Notes under the pieces: model-generated
The model's database searches: none
What the model was told of the DNA's origin: nothing
The model's input: only the letters and a program-made list of their open reading frames with translations
Source: Leucoraja erinacea
Lineage: Eukaryota
Assembly: GCF_028641065.1 (NCBI RefSeq)
Contig: NC_073380.1
Coordinates: 65,906,001 to 65,970,000, forward strand
Direction of reading: 5' to 3'
Length of the DNA stretch: 64,000 nucleotides
Made by a program: the position numbers and the translations under genes
Shown: in pieces, positions 1 through 13,684 of the stretch
Layout of the letters: each line of letters starts with the position of its first letter
Numbering within the stretch: position 1 is the first letter of the stretch

Positions 1-7
1 ATTTAAG

Positions 8-294
8 GGGAGCACGGTGGCACAGCAATTGAGTCGGGTTTGATCCTGACTATGGGCACTGTCTGTACGGAGTTTGTATGTTCTCTCTGTGTCCTGTGTG
101 GGTTTTCTCTGGGATCTCTTGCTTCTTCCCACACTCCAAAGATGTACAGGTTTGTGGGCTAATTGAGTTGGTGTAGTTGTGAATTGTCCCTAGTGTGTAT
201 TGGACAGTGTATTAGTGTGCGGGGATCACTGGTCGGTGCAGACTCGGTGAGCCGAAGAGCTTGTTTCCGTGCTGTATTTCTAAACTAATCTAAA
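8..294 (+). mobile_element. V-SINE (HE1-like tRNA-derived SINE) with CR1-like 3' tail
   Basis: gcacggtggcacagc head, V-domain ...tgggttttctc...cccacactccaaaga, tail gccgaagagcttgtttccgtgctgtatttctaaactaa. Confidence 0.75.
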
Positions 295-1264
295 GACAAA
301 CTATAAGAGTTTTGCTGCTTGAAACCAAGTGGATCAATTTAAATGAAAGGATACTGACTGGTCTCAACACGCCCTAATTAAAGATTACCAACATGACAAA
401 TACGATAGTTTTGTTAATTGCACTACTACACACCTTCAACTGAATACAGTAAACGTTTAGTAGATCCATGCAGTTAAACAAACAACCCTTTTGTAATACA
501 TTATTTACTCCTCGTATCAAGTGAAATGATCAGGATCATGCAATCTGGAATGTTCTTGCAGTTCTAAATCATGCAGTTCAAATTCATTTGTAACCATGGG
601 TTTCAATATTTACACTATTCACAAAGAGACAAATGCAGAAATCCAAACTAACTAAATGACAACAGATTCTATGCACAAAGGGCTTTGGCAATGTTAGAGC
701 TTTGTGGCAGAGTACTGACAGGTCTGCTTCAAAATTGAATTTATTATATACATCCAACTTTAATACCTGTTCACTTTTATTAAATGGGCTCTACCAAGTT
801 TGTGACTCTATACTTCGGTGAGCAAGCTCGGATTGTTTAGAGATTATAAACATAAATACTGTTACAAGATTTCAATGCCATGGATTTGGAACTTAACGTT
901 CACTTTCCTTATGAAGACCAACAGTGATGGAAATCTCAAATTAAATACCTTGGCAACTTTCTTTAAGCTTAGAAAGTAAATACACCAGAATCTGGCAAGT
1001 GACAAATAAGAGTCCACAGATTTAATATGGAACAGATGGGGAAATCCGCTTCCTTACACCTATGATAAAGTTGAGTAAATTAATTGTGTCCAGTGTCAGC
1101 CTCCAGTAATCCCTTTAAATTTGTTTTGCCAACAGCAGTAGCACTGTGCATTCAACAGTCATTCATGGTTATAATGCATGTTTGCAGGTGTGCTTTCAGG
1201 GCACCTATGAAGAAGCCTTCATAAACACAAGGTGCAATGCATGGCTGACATGAAATAATGTAGA

Positions 1265-1452
1265 TCACAACATGCTAGAGGAACAACGGGTCAGACAGTA
1301 TCTCTGGAGAACATGGGTAGGCAATGTTTCAAGTCATGGCCCTCCTTTCTGACCCAAAATGTCACCTATCTATATTCTCCAGAGACACTGCCTGACCTGT
1401 TGCGTTACTCCAGCACTGTGTTCTATGCACCATTCCAGCATCTGCAGTTCCT
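1265..1452. mobile_element. Palindromic Penelope-type short repeat (decayed)
   Basis: Arms gggtcagacagtatctctggagaa and ttctccagagacactgcctgacc are inverted copies; same family as 11328, 13685, 42830 and 49422. Confidence 0.6.
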
Positions 1453-1574
1453 TTTATCTGCAAAGAATGACGATGTCCATGCTGCCTGCCTACTTGAACT
1501 TGAACCCTCGAGCACTCATTTTATACCTAGAAAATACACACATGGTGCGCAACCTTAAAAAGAGTCAAGAACTT

Positions 1575-1785
1575 AAGAGTGCTTTATTGTTATATCCTGA
1601 AACGGGACAATTAACTTCTTACTTGCAGCAGCACAACAGATATGTAAACATAGTGTCCATAGTAAACATTAACAAAAAAGTTCAGTATATATTTAAAAAA
1701 AAACAAGTAAATAGACAATAATAGAGTCAACTCAAAAATAATGTCCCCAAATCTATATAATTGAGACCCCATTTGGAGGTTGTTA
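1575..1785 (-). mobile_element. 3' end of a Rex1/Babar-type LINE
   Basis: ctttattg...cttacttgcagcagcacaacagatatgtaaac resembles the reverse complement of the LINE 3' ends elsewhere in the window. Confidence 0.5.
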
Positions 1786-1789
1786 TGTT

Positions 1790-3178
1790 TTTGTTTGTAT
1801 TTTTATTTTATTAGAAGCAATTGTACAAAGATAAAACGTTCGGCATCTAGAATTATACAATTATTGTACAGCTTCATTTTTAACCTTATTGAAACCTAAA
1901 TTGAAAAAATGAAAAAAGGAAAAAAAGGGAAAGCAAGAAAAGAAAGGAAAAAGTGATAAGATAGAATAGAAAAGAACGAGAAAAAGTCCCCTAAGCTACC
2001 AAAGCAGTGCAGCAGAGAAAAAGAGGAATAAGAAAAGATGGAGATATACCTTGCCCATCCCCCCCCACCTCATCCAGCGTAGCATTGGATTTAAATTTAT
2101 ATTTGTGTTTTACCATACTATTGAAAAAATTCAGTAAAGGGTGTCCATGTCTTAAGAAATTGATCTGGTTTTTCCGCCAAGACAAGCCTAATGTTTTCCA
2201 AGTGTAGTGTCTCGGACATATCTGTAATCCACATCTTCACTGGGTTCCAAAATTTAAGTTGTTTTTTTTCCGCCATTAATAGGCCGTAGTTGAGGAAACG
2301 TCTTTGAAATATCGTTAGCTTAGCACAGGCCTCTGACATAGCTAATATGATCAGTTTTATATCTGGGTCCAATTTAGTTTTAAGTATTTTGGAAAAGGTA
2401 TCAAAAATTCCCCTCCAGAAGTTTTGTAAAATAATGGGTCATTGTCGCTTCTTGGAGAAGCCATTTATCACAAGTAGGAGACATTTGGGAAGGTCTTGTT
2501 CAATTTAGACTTTGAGTAATAAAGTCTGTGCAGTATTTTAAATTGTATCAGGGAGTATCTAACATTAAGAGAGCAGTAATGTATGTATAAAAGGCTTTCC
2601 TCACAACTATCCTTTGAAATTGATAAACCCAATTCATCTGGCATTTCGTTTGGACCATGCTCGCCTAATTATTTCAGAAGAAGGTGGGATATATGCAGTT
2701 AAAAGGGTGTTGTAAATATAGGATATTAACTTACTTGCCTTTCTATTCATGCAATCGTCTAATATATTTGGGCCCATAGAATGACACTTGCATGTGTGTT
2801 TTCACATAGTCTCGGATTTGAAGATATCTAAAAAAATTACTAGCTTTCAAATGATATTTCACCTGGAATTCTTGAAACAAGAGGATCCCCATCCCATAAA
2901 GATCTCCCAGCATTTTAATTCCTAAGTTTTCCCATTGTACAAACGCCTTATCTAAAGTAGACGGTTTAAACAAGGGGTTGTTGGCGATTGGTAAAAGGAG
3001 AGAGAAATTTCTCAATTTGAGAGTTAATTTCAACTGTTTCCAAACTGTAGGGTGCTATGAATTATCAGATTTTTCTCATACATTGATTTATTCAGATGTA
3101 TTGGAAAAAGAAGAATTGCGCCTATTTTGAAAGGCGAACAATCTTCCCTCTCCATTTTTAACCAGTTTACTTGTTGAC
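1790..3178 (-). mobile_element. 5'-truncated L1-clade LINE fragment (ORF2 C-terminus plus 3'UTR)
   Basis: Minus-strand peptides MEREDCSP, NNPLFKPS, FFRYLQIRDY and LLNYGL...KFW are homologous to the 7522-8700 ORFs; T-rich tail near 1790-1812. Confidence 0.85.
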
Positions 3179-4412
3179 ATCCTATAGAAAGGACAGGCAG
3201 GTGGGCAGAGGAGGGGGGTAGCTCTGCTGGTGAGGGAGGGAATTCAGTCCCTTGCGAGGGAAGACATAGGGACTGACGAGGTAGAGTCACTGTGGATTGA
3301 GTTGAGGAATTGTAAAGGCAAGAAGACACGAATTGGTGTTATTTACAGACCCCCAAATAGTAGCATAATCCGGAAGACGCAGGATCATTTCATTCCAAAA
3401 AGGAAGAAAGATTCTAAGGGGAGTAGGAGGCAACCGTGGCTGACAAGAGAAGTTAGGGATAGAATAAAACTAAAAGATGTATAACACAGCAAAGAATGGC
3501 CAGATGCCAGAGGATTGGGAAACTTTCATAGGACAACAGAAGGAAACAAAACGGGCAATACGGGCTGAAAAGATGAAGTACGAGGGGAAGCTGGCCAGGA
3601 ATATAAAGAAGAACAGTAAAAGCTTATTTAGATATGTTAAGGGAAAAAGAGTAGCAAAGTCAAATGTGGGTCCCATGAAGGCAGACACAGGTGAAATTAT
3701 TATGGGCAACAAGGAAATGGCAGAAGAGTTGAATAGGTACTTCGGATCTGTCGTCACTAAGGAAAACACAAACAATCTCACAGATGTACAGGAGGACAGA
3801 CGATCTAAGGGGGTAGAGGAACTGAAAGAAATTTTCATTAGGCGAGAAATAGCATTGGGTAGGCTTATGGGACTGAAGGATGATAAATCTCCTGGGCCTG
3901 ATGGTCTGCATGCCAGGGTCCTCAGGGAGGTGGCTCTAGAAATAGTGGACGCATTGGCGATCATTTTCCAATGTTCAATAGATTCAGGATCAGTTCCTGT
4001 GGATTGGAGGATAGCTAATGTTACCCTACTTTTCAAGAATGGAGCGAGAGAGAAAACGGGAAATTACAGACCAGTTAGCTTGACTTCGATGGTGGGAAAG
4101 ATGCTGGTGTCAATTATTAAAGAGGCAATAATGGGGCATTTGGATAGCAGTAAAAAGATTAGTCCAAGTCAACATGGATTTATGAAAGGGAAATCATGCT
4201 TGACTAATCTTCTGGAATTTTTTGAGGGTGTGACAAGTAAAATGGATGAAGGGGTGCCAGTGGATGTAGTGTATCTAGACTTTCAGAAAGCCTTTGATAA
4301 GGTCCCGCACGAGAGACTGGTGACTAAAATTGGGGGTAGGGTGTTGACATGGATAGAAAATTGGTTGGCAGACCGGAAGCAAAGAGTAGGCGTGAACGGG
4401 TCCTTTTCAGAA
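3179..4412 (+). mobile_element. Internal CR1 LINE fragment (end of endonuclease, start of RT)
   Basis: GVIYRPP, KSPGPDG, NYRPVSLTS, QHGFMKGKSCLTNL and VYLDFQKAFDKVPH motifs; internal deletion near 3365. Confidence 0.9.
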
Positions 4413-4533
4413 TATCTTACGGCTAACAGCTTACTATTATCAAAGGTATAACTAATTATAAATAATTAGTAGATGAAAGTGTTAGATAAATACATTTCAC
4501 AGTAGCTGAACACAGTTCTGATAAGTCTGAATG

Positions 4534-4536
<3 letters not shown>

Positions 4537-4584
<48 letters not shown>
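4537..4584. repeat. (TA)24 microsatellite
   Basis: Seen directly. Confidence 0.97.
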
Positions 4585-4587
<3 letters not shown>

Positions 4588-4909
4588 TAAATGGGTGAAA
4601 TATAATTGATTTTGAAATGGTACCGCCCTCCTAGGTTTAGAGTAATAAAAGAAGCGGAGCTAATTGTACAACATCAACTTCGGAAGTCGAATAGATGTCG
4701 AATCCCACAGACGCGTGGGACACGCACTACATTTTACTTGTTCCATTTTTTTTTTAATCACAATATGTCACTACTATATGTTTTTTTTTTCCAAGGAAAA
4801 TCGCAAAAGGGATCTACCAAGGAAGTTAGTAATATAAACGCCCCCCAAATATCCAGAGTCCTGAGGTATGGATGCACCGTAATAAATAAGGGTATTAAGA
4901 TCAGAGAAA

Positions 4910-7900
4910 ATGCAAGATGATAAACAAAAGAAAATGGGAGGAATCACACTGTGTAGCTGGAATATAAGGGGCATTAATGAACCAATTAAAAGGGGCAAAA
5001 TACTAGCTCAGTTGAAATCATATAACACGGACATTACTTTTCTACAAGAAACCCACCTTAAACATCAAGATCAGATGAGATTGAGGGTGAATTGGATAGG
5101 CCAAACATTTCACTCCTCATATACTTCGAAATCCAGAGGCACCGCGATTATTATTTGCAAAGGAATACCATTCAAATCAAAGAACATTATATCAGATAAG
5201 GAAGGGAGATATCTTATAGTTACAGGAGAGATCCATGCTACGCCAATCACTTTGGTAAACATGTATGCGCCCAATTTTGATAATCCTCAATTTTTTAATA
5301 AAATCCTGAATACAATCGCAGAATTTAACTACCAAAATGTTATAATTGGAGGAGACTTCAACTGTGTTTTAGATCTGTACTTAGATAAATCGATGCAAAA
5401 ACAAAGAGGTAATATGAAATTTAAAACTAGTGAACTCTTAAATACATATATAAAAAATACAAATATAGCAGACGTCTGGAGGATCGCGAATCCGACTGGA
5501 AGGGAATACTCGTTTTATTCAATGGTACACAAAACATACTCACATATAGACTACTTCCTAGTGGATACAAAACTAATCCCTTATACTATGAACCCTAAAT
5601 ATCACACCAATACGATTTCAGATCACTCCCCGCTAACTTTCGTTTTAAAATTAGAAGGAATGTCTACGAACAAATCGTGCTGGAGGTTTAACTCGCAAAT
5701 TCTGAAAGACCCACAAGGGAGTATATATCTAAAAAAAACAGATGGACCTATTTTTTGAGACAAACGATACACCAGATATATCGCCCACTTTATTATGGGA
5801 ATCCTTCAAAGCATTTATTAGAGGAGTCATTATCTCGCATCAAGCTTTTCAAAACAAAAAGAATAGGAATGAACAAAGCCAATTAGAAGAACAAATCAGA
5901 CAACTAGATATAGATAATGCTAAAGATCCAACTATGGATAAACATAATAAAATTTTAATACTGAAATTTAAGCTAAATAAATTATTATCAGAGAAGGTTA
6001 TAAGATTATTCCAAATTACAAAACAAGAACATTTCGAATTTGGGGATAAACCCCATAAACTTTTGGCACGCCAACTGAAAAAACGGGAAAAAAATCATGC
6101 AATTTTAAAGATTAAATCAGATAGAGGGGAATTATTAACACTACCTAATGATATCAATAAAAGATTTGCTCAATTTTACATGAATTTATACACATCGAAA
6201 ACGCTAATAGACAATAATAAAGTTTCAGAATTTTTGGACAATTGTAACCTTCCAAAACTAGAACTGAAGGAACAAGAGGAACTGGGAGCACAAATTACAT
6301 CTAAGGAAATAGAAGACACAATAAACACACTTAAGAATGGAAAAACACCAGGACCAGACGGATTCAGTATTGAATTTTATAAATGTTTTTACGACATAGT
6401 TACACCACGTCTACAGAAAATGTATACATACGCTTTTAAAGAACAAATCTTACCTGAAACACTAGCAGAATCAACGATCACATTAATACTTAAAAAAGAT
6501 AAAGATATAGAAGAACCAGGCTCATATAGAGCTATTGCTTTGTTAAATACGGATCAAAAAATATTAGCGAAAACATTAGCTAGAATAAGTGAATATGTTA
6601 GTAAATTAATAAGTGAGGATCAAACGGGATTTATACCTAAGAGACATTCATTTAATAACCTGAGACGTCTGCTTAACATAATGCACTCTCACAAACCTCA
6701 AGAACAAGAGTTATCTATCATTTCATTGGACGCAGAAAAAGCGTTTGATCAAGTAGAATGGGATTATATGATTAAAGTATTGCAAAAATTTCAAATGGGA
6801 GAGAACTTCATCGCATGGATAAAATTATTATATAACAAACCCACGGCTAGAATATTAACTAATAATATACAATCTACGAAATTCCAATTAACAATGGGCA
6901 ATAGACAAGGATGTTCATTATCACCGCTGTTATTTGCTCTGGTAATTGAACCTTTAGCTGAAAAAATTAGAACACACCCGGATATTTACGGTTATAATAC
7001 AAAATATTCAAATAACAAAATATCCTTATACGCAGATGATGTATTACTGTATATCACAAAACCCCAAATCAGTATACCAAACATATTAAATCTAATTGAG
7101 GACTTTGGGTCTTTCTCAGGATACAGAATAAACTGGAACAAAAGTGAAATTATGTCGATAAAACCGAAAGACTCAACACATCTCTTGAAATTCCCCTTTA
7201 AAATAGCCACAGAAAAATTTAAATATTTAGGAATTGAAATCACTAGAAACTATCACGCTATGTTTAATGCCAATTATAGCCCTTTACTTAAGAAACTAAA
7301 TAATCTAATCAAATTCTGGAAACCGCTCCCGATGTCTTTAATAGGTTGAATAAATGCTATAAAAACAATATTTTTTACCACAAATCCTATATTTATTTCA
7401 ATCAATTCCAATATATCTTCCAAAAAAGTTTTTCAAAAAACTAGACTCAGACATTACAAATTTTACATGGGATTATAAATCCCACAGAATACAAAGAGCA
7501 CACCTTAGTAAACCAAAAGAGATGGGTGGTCTAGCGCTCCCTAACTTTATGTACTATAATTGGGCAGTAAATATTGAAAATATGATTCACCTGCTGGACA
7601 ACTCTGCCCAGCAGGTGGACTGGATTGTAATGGAGAGAGAGGACTGCTCTCCGTGTAATACAGGAGCGACTCTCCTCTCACCAATGAATCTGAATAACAA
7701 AAATTATAATAAAAATCCAATGATACATAGCACAATTAGAACTTGGAAACAAATAAAACAGAATCAAAAATTAAGAAATCTATCTCTTTTAATGCCAATA
7801 GTCAATAACCCGTTGTTTAAACCTTCAATTATAGATAAATCATTTACACAATGGGAAAGAATGGGAATCAAAATGCTCGGAGACTTGTATGAATTAGGAA

Positions 7901-8700
7901 AATTATTATCATTTCAACAATTACAACTGAAATATAATTTGAAAAATAATCAATATTTTAAATATCTTCAAATCCGTGACTATCTGAAAAAATACACAAA
8001 AGACTATCATAACATGCCCCCAGACTTATTGGATGAAGTCATGAATACAAAGGCTGAATCAGCAAATGTAATATCATACTTATACAACACTATTTTAAAT
8101 ATAGAAAAACCTACAACCGATGGTATTAGAAGAGACTGGGAACAAGAACTAGCTATAAAAATTTCAAAAGAGAGCTGGGATAAACACTTACTATATGTGC
8201 ATAAATGCTCGATCAACGTACGACATACTCTAATTCAATATAAAACATTACATAGACTATATTATTCAAAAACTAAAATAAATAAACTTTTCCCCAATGT
8301 CTCACCCATTTGTGATAAATGTCAGTCACAAGAAGCTACCATAGCGCACTCTTTTGTTTTTTGTATAAAAATCCAAAAATTCTGGAACTAAATATTTGAA
8401 ATCTTCACAAAATTATTTAAAATAAAACTTGTACCAAAAGCAGAATGGATCATTTTTGGAATATCGGAAGGTAACCCCGAATTAAACGTGTTTCAAAAGA
8501 ACTTACTTAATTACGGGCTAATAATGGGAAAAAAGCTTATACTCAAATTTTGGAAAAATGCTCCAATACCAACAATAAAAATGTGGATTTCAAACATGTT
8601 CGAAACACTACACTTGGAAGAGATGAGACTCCTCCTAGCAGGCAAAGCAGACCACTTCCAAAAGACGTGGTCTGCATTTATGGAACTATTACAAGCATAA
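4910..8700 (+). pseudogene. L1 ORF2 (APE endonuclease, reverse transcriptase, Cys/His-rich C-terminus) with about four lesions
   Basis: SWNIRG, LQETH, GGDFN, SDHSP (EN); GPDG, SLDAEKAFD, RQGCSLSPLLF, YADD, FKYLG (RT); CDKC...H...C. Frameshift at the A-run ~5731-5738, TGA at 7347, frameshift near 7370, TAA at 8389. Confidence 0.9.
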
Positions 8701-9066
8701 GGTGCAATAGTAATTTAAAATATAAATGGTACCAGGATCTGGTAACGGGGGGTATAAAATATTTTTTTTTAAACACACGGTTGGTATATCCTTTTTTGCA
8801 GAGTTTTGTGTTACAATAGAGCAATTGTTTTTCCTTTTTTTTTTTTCTTTCTAGGGTCTTATTTCCTTTCTTCACTTCCTTCTCTAACTTCTTCCCTAAG
8901 GGGCCCTGCACCTTCACGATTCTTGCTCACTTTCCTTACTTCTTTTATTTCTACCTTTTTTAAAGCTCGAAAAACGAAGTGGTACAACAAATGTAATATG
9001 ATATATGTGATGTGTATTACTGTAATTTACTGTGCTTCTAAAAAAATAAATAAATAAATAAATAAA

Positions 9067-10405
9067 CATGTACATCCAGGAATTTGAAGCTTTTGACTTT
9101 CTCCACCACCGTCCCATCGAGGGATCCTCGTTGTCCCTCTTCCAATGCCCACAATCAGTTCCTTGGTCTTACTGATGTGGAGAGCAAGTTTGTTTTTCTG
9201 GCACCATATAGTCATTCGATCGATCATATTCGATCGACCTGCCGTATTATGACCTACTGTCATTCATTATTTACCCAACTACGTCGGTGTCATCGGCAAA
9301 CTTGAAAATGGATTTCGAACAGTGTCTGGCTACGCAGTTTTGAATGTAGTATGAGTAAGGTGGCTGAGCACATAACCTTGAGCTGCTCCCGTGCTGATTG
9401 TTAGTGGGGAGGAAGTGTTGCTGCCATTCCGCACGGGCTGTGGTCTGTTGCTGAGGAAGTCGAGGATCCAGTTGCAAAGGGATGGGCAGAGACCCAGTTC
9501 TGTGAGCTTGGTAACCAGGGGATGATGGTAGTAAATGCCGCGCTGTGGTCTATGTACAACAGCCTGACATATGCATTTTTATTGTCCAAGTGGTCCAGTG
9601 CAGTGCTTCTTAAACTATTTCAGTGTCATTCACCTCTGAGACTTTGTCATAAAATTTCATTCACCCTTGATTAAATGTTCTTATGTTTTTTGGTAATTTT
9701 CGTCTTATTCTCCCTTGTGTATAATTTTATATATAATTTATTTTGTCACAAAAAACATGTATTAGCTCATTTCTTAGGTGTTTATTTTATTCAACTTTTT
9801 GAACATTCTAAAAATATGTAAAGAAAACTCTGTGAAGAAAATAAGTTTAATTACGACATGGAGTTGGAAAATCATTCTATTAGAATGATAAAAAAAAACA
9901 TTCTAACGTCCTGATGCAAATAAGTGCTGGTAAATTGAAGTACAGTAAATATATATAGAATACTAGTTCTAGCAGAAAAGTAGCTAAATTGGCAACACAA
10001 AGTAAAGTTACAGTTCAACAGTTGCCTATGTCGATCCTCCAGTGTTGCCATTTACAAAGTTATGATCCCAGTAGCTTGTTTGGTCTTCCCTAAAACGTTA
10101 TATTACAGTAAATTTGGGAAATATCCTGCTACTTTGAAATTAGAAAACCATAGGTAGAGAGAAAAAAACGTAAAATTTCCAGCCCCACTCCCATTAAAAC
10201 CAAAAAGAGCTTACTAACTGCTTTAATGGCCTTTTTAAAGTATAGAAAAAAACATATAAATATCTGAATAAATGAAGTAATTCACCCTTCATTCACCCCT
10301 CTAGTTTCAGTCACCCCAAAATAATTTCATTCGCTCTTTGGTGAACCATTCACTAGTTTAAGAAGCACTGGTCTAGTGCACAGTGGAGAGCCAGTGAGAT
10401 CACCG
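9067..10405 (-). mobile_element. Rex1/Babar-type LINE RT fragment interrupted by a hAT MITE
   Basis: Minus-strand peptides [23 protein letters not shown] and LHISKTKELIV; the sequence resumes after 10370. Confidence 0.75.
9601..10370. mobile_element. Non-autonomous hAT (Charlie-like) DNA transposon
   Basis: Perfect 17-bp TIRs cagtgcttcttaaacta / tagtttaagaagcactg; 8-bp TSD gtccagtg / gtctagtg (7 of 8); subterminal tcattcaccc repeats. Confidence 0.9.
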
Positions 10406-10823
10406 GTATTAATAAAATACATTCAGCATTCAACGGGAACAAATATTTGAGTCCATTCAGATTAATTATTTAATTCTATAATCATTGCCGCCTGAAGTTT
10501 TTGTTAACCAGAGATAGTGGGATTATATGTGGTACGACATGGAGTTGGAAAATCATTCTATATGTGATTATATGTGGCACGTAGTTGGTGCTCAAGGAAA
10601 ATGAACCAATTTCATTATCCTGCTTTGGTTTAAATTGTTAATTGGTCCAAGGGAATGGAAACATTATAGCCTGGATATTGCAGACAATGCAAAGAAATAC
10701 CACTAGCATGCACCTATTTAGACATTTGCTGGGTGATAATTGGTAATCTATTTCAGCACCCCATCCTCCGAAGGGATCTCGAAGGTGATATATTCAATGA
10801 TTGTATAATACTTGGAATTTAAA

Positions 10824-10999
10824 CATAGAAACATAGAAAATAGGTGCAGGAGTAGGTCATTCGGCCCCTCGAGTCAGCACCACCATTCAATTTGGTCATG
10901 GCCGATCATCCAAAATCAGTACCCCGTTCCTGCTTTCACCCCATATCCCTTGATTCTGTTAGCCCTTTGAGCTATATCTAACTCTCTCTTGAATACATC
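10824..10999 (-). mobile_element. CR1 3' end
   Basis: (catagaaa)n tail followed by ataggtgcaggagtagg; same family as 32677 and 57866. Confidence 0.8.
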
Positions 11000-11327
11000 G
11001 CAAAAGAGACAAATACATAAAGGACACAAAATGTTTTAAGAGTGAATCCCTTTGTGCGGTTCTAGATAGGCTGCAGAACTTGAGTAGCGATTTCCATATT
11101 CAAGTATACATGTGCGATTCATAGAAATTGCTGTGCAGTGTAATGTTTAACAGTGTACACAATGGTCACCATTATTTTACAGAAAAATCTAGGCTAGCAA
11201 AACGGAAATTCCCTGGTTTGCCATTGTTTCACCATGAATGCATTTGTTTTTACATACACAAGTATAGATGGAATTTCTGCCTCATTTCTTGTTAAGTCGT
11301 GGTGTTCAGATACAGCTCTGAAGAAAT

Positions 11328-11434
11328 CTGTTGTGTGTCTGAAGAAGGGTCTCGACCCAAAAACGTCACCCATTCCTTCTCTCCAGAGATGCTGCTTGTC
11401 CCGCTGAGTTATTCCAGCTTTTTGAGTCTATATT
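11328..11434 (+). mobile_element. Penelope-type short insertion with a mutated hammerhead core
   Basis: gtCTGAAGAagggtctcgacccAAAAACGTCac; flanked by a 15-bp duplication cagctctgaagaaat / cagctctgaggaaat. Confidence 0.7.
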
Positions 11435-11789
11435 CAGCTCTGAGGAAATACTGAATACAGTTAAATATTCAGTTTACTATTGCCTTTTGGTTTCAAATTA
11501 TCGTGGAAAATTCTGACAAGCAGATAGAATACTGCATAGTTACGAACAGTAAACATCAAAAGAAACCTAGGCTTTATGCCAAATGACACCTTAAAAAATG
11601 TATGGTCTAACTCTGGAAGCACAAGTTTATTGAAATGGTAATTTGTCATTTATGATCAGAGGCAGAAAATAACAATGTCATATGAATCATTTGTTCTGTA
11701 AAAGTAATAAAATGCACTCATTCCACTGTTTGGTTAAGACATTCCACTTGACCTTGACAATAACTGTTGACAATAAAGCAGAAATAAAA

Positions 11790-13422
11790 AAAAGACGGTG
11801 GTTTGGCATTGCCGAACCTTAGATTCTACTATTGGGCAGTTAATGCTCGCTATCTAATGTTTTGGACAAAAGATTTAGAAGATACCCAATGCCCAGGATG
11901 GATAAATCTTGAACGTGATTCTATGCAAGGGCTATCATTGACTTCTATTCTAGGGGCCTCGTTACCTTTTACAATTACGAGATTGAATAAATATATGACT
12001 AACCCAATAATAAGACATACACTACAAATATGGTTTCAATTTCGTAAGTTTTTTAGATTGAATGATTTTATCTTATCGAGTCCTATCATATCTAATTTTT
12101 TCTTCCAACCTTCTAGTACTGATCAAGCCTTTCTGTTATGGAAGAGGAAGGGATTAGTAGCTTTTCATGATTTGTTTTTAGATGGTTGTTTTATGTCTTT
12201 TGAACAACTCTCCAATAAATATAATTTACCTAACTCACATTTATTTAGATATTTACAAATTAGACATTTTTTGAGGACTAGTCTACCCTTTTTTCCATTT
12301 CCACATCAAACCGAAATTTTGAAAACAATTTTACATTTGAACCCTTATCAAGAAGGGCTTAATAACAACTATTTATGAGTTGATTTTGAAACAAAAAAAA
12401 AGATACATTTGATAAAATTAAGAATGACTGGGAAAGAGAACTCTAAATTTCTCTATCTATAGGGAAATGGGAGGGGATTCTTCAATTAGTTAATACTTCC
12501 TCAATGTGTGCAACACACGCTTTGATACAATTCAAGGTGGTTCACAGAGCTCAAATGTCAAAAGATAAGAGCTCGTTTTTATGGTCATATAAATCCTACC
12601 TGTGACAGATGTAATTCTTCAGTGGCCTCATTGACTCATATGTTTTGGTCCTGCCCACTTTTGGAAAAATATTGGAACAAAATTTTTGATACTATTTCTG
12701 TAGTTTTAGGTATTGATTTACAACCTCATCCTATTACTGCCATTTTCGGGCTACCAATGTTAGATTCTATTCATCTGTCCTGTTCCGCCCATCGGCTGAT
12801 TGCTTTTACCACATTCATTGCCAGAAAATCTATTTTCTTTAAATGGAAAGACTCTAACCCTCCGACCACACTTCATTGGTACTCTGAAACGAAATAATGT
12901 TTAAATTTAGAAACAATTAGGAGTGACATTGTTTAACCCTTGGTTAAATTTGATATTTGATAGGCCTTGGGGAAGATTTATTCAACATTTTCATACAACA
13001 TAAATTGTCCCCTTTCCAACTGTTATAATTGTTCTTTTACCTTTATATGGTGGAACGGACTTGACGACAACAGGGACTGTTGAGACTTTTTGCAGCCCAG
13101 ATTCTGTTTTGCTTTGTTTTTTTCTAGTTTAGGGGGGTTTTGTTTTTTTGTCTTTTCTCCTTTTTTCTTTTTTTTTCTTTTTTATCTTTTTGTTTTTATA
13201 AATATGTTCCCTTTTAAACACTTAACTATATTTACATAGAGACCGGGAAGTCTATATTCAATGTGTATTTTGACACTGGACTCATATTTAAGTTATACCT
13301 GTTATTAATGTAATCCTGATCCCTATGTATCAATATCATTGTTATGTTTATCATTGTTTTTTTTGTTGTCTTGTTTTTGTTTTGGGAAAAAAACTAATAA
13401 AAAGATTTTAAAAGAAAGAAAG
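11790..13422 (+). mobile_element. 5'-truncated L1-clade fragment (different subfamily)
   Basis: GGLALPNLRFYYWA, LFRYLQIRHF, CDRC...LTHMFWSC; T-rich 3'UTR, aataaa and (gaaa)n tail. Confidence 0.85.
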
Positions 13423-13684
13423 TATTTCCATTTTTAAGTATTCGATAAGTTAGAATGAATTAATGCCAATTTGAGGCTTTCTATATTTAAAATGGTACAT
13501 AAACTACTTTTTGAAGTATTGCAACAAATGATAATTAAAAAAATGAATTTTGAACACTAGTCTATTCTTATCAAGGAGCTATAATTTTAACCAATAAATA
13601 GCAGAATAGTTAGTCTTAAGTTATGTGTAGTTGGATTTGGTGTCCAAAGAATGTCTCTCTAATATGCAATACAGTGATAGGAAT

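Larger units (their letters stand above)
4413..9066 (+). mobile_element. Young L1-clade LINE lacking ORF1 (putative spacer, ORF2, 3'UTR, (AATA)n tail)
   Basis: Full ORF2 domain order, pyrimidine-rich 3'UTR, tail aaaaaaataaataaataaataaataaa at ~9039-9066. Confidence 0.92.

Noticed and set aside
3470-4036. Antisense ORFs over the CR1, L1, DIRS and jph1 coding regions
   Set aside because: Shadow ORFs on the opposite strand of real coding sequence.
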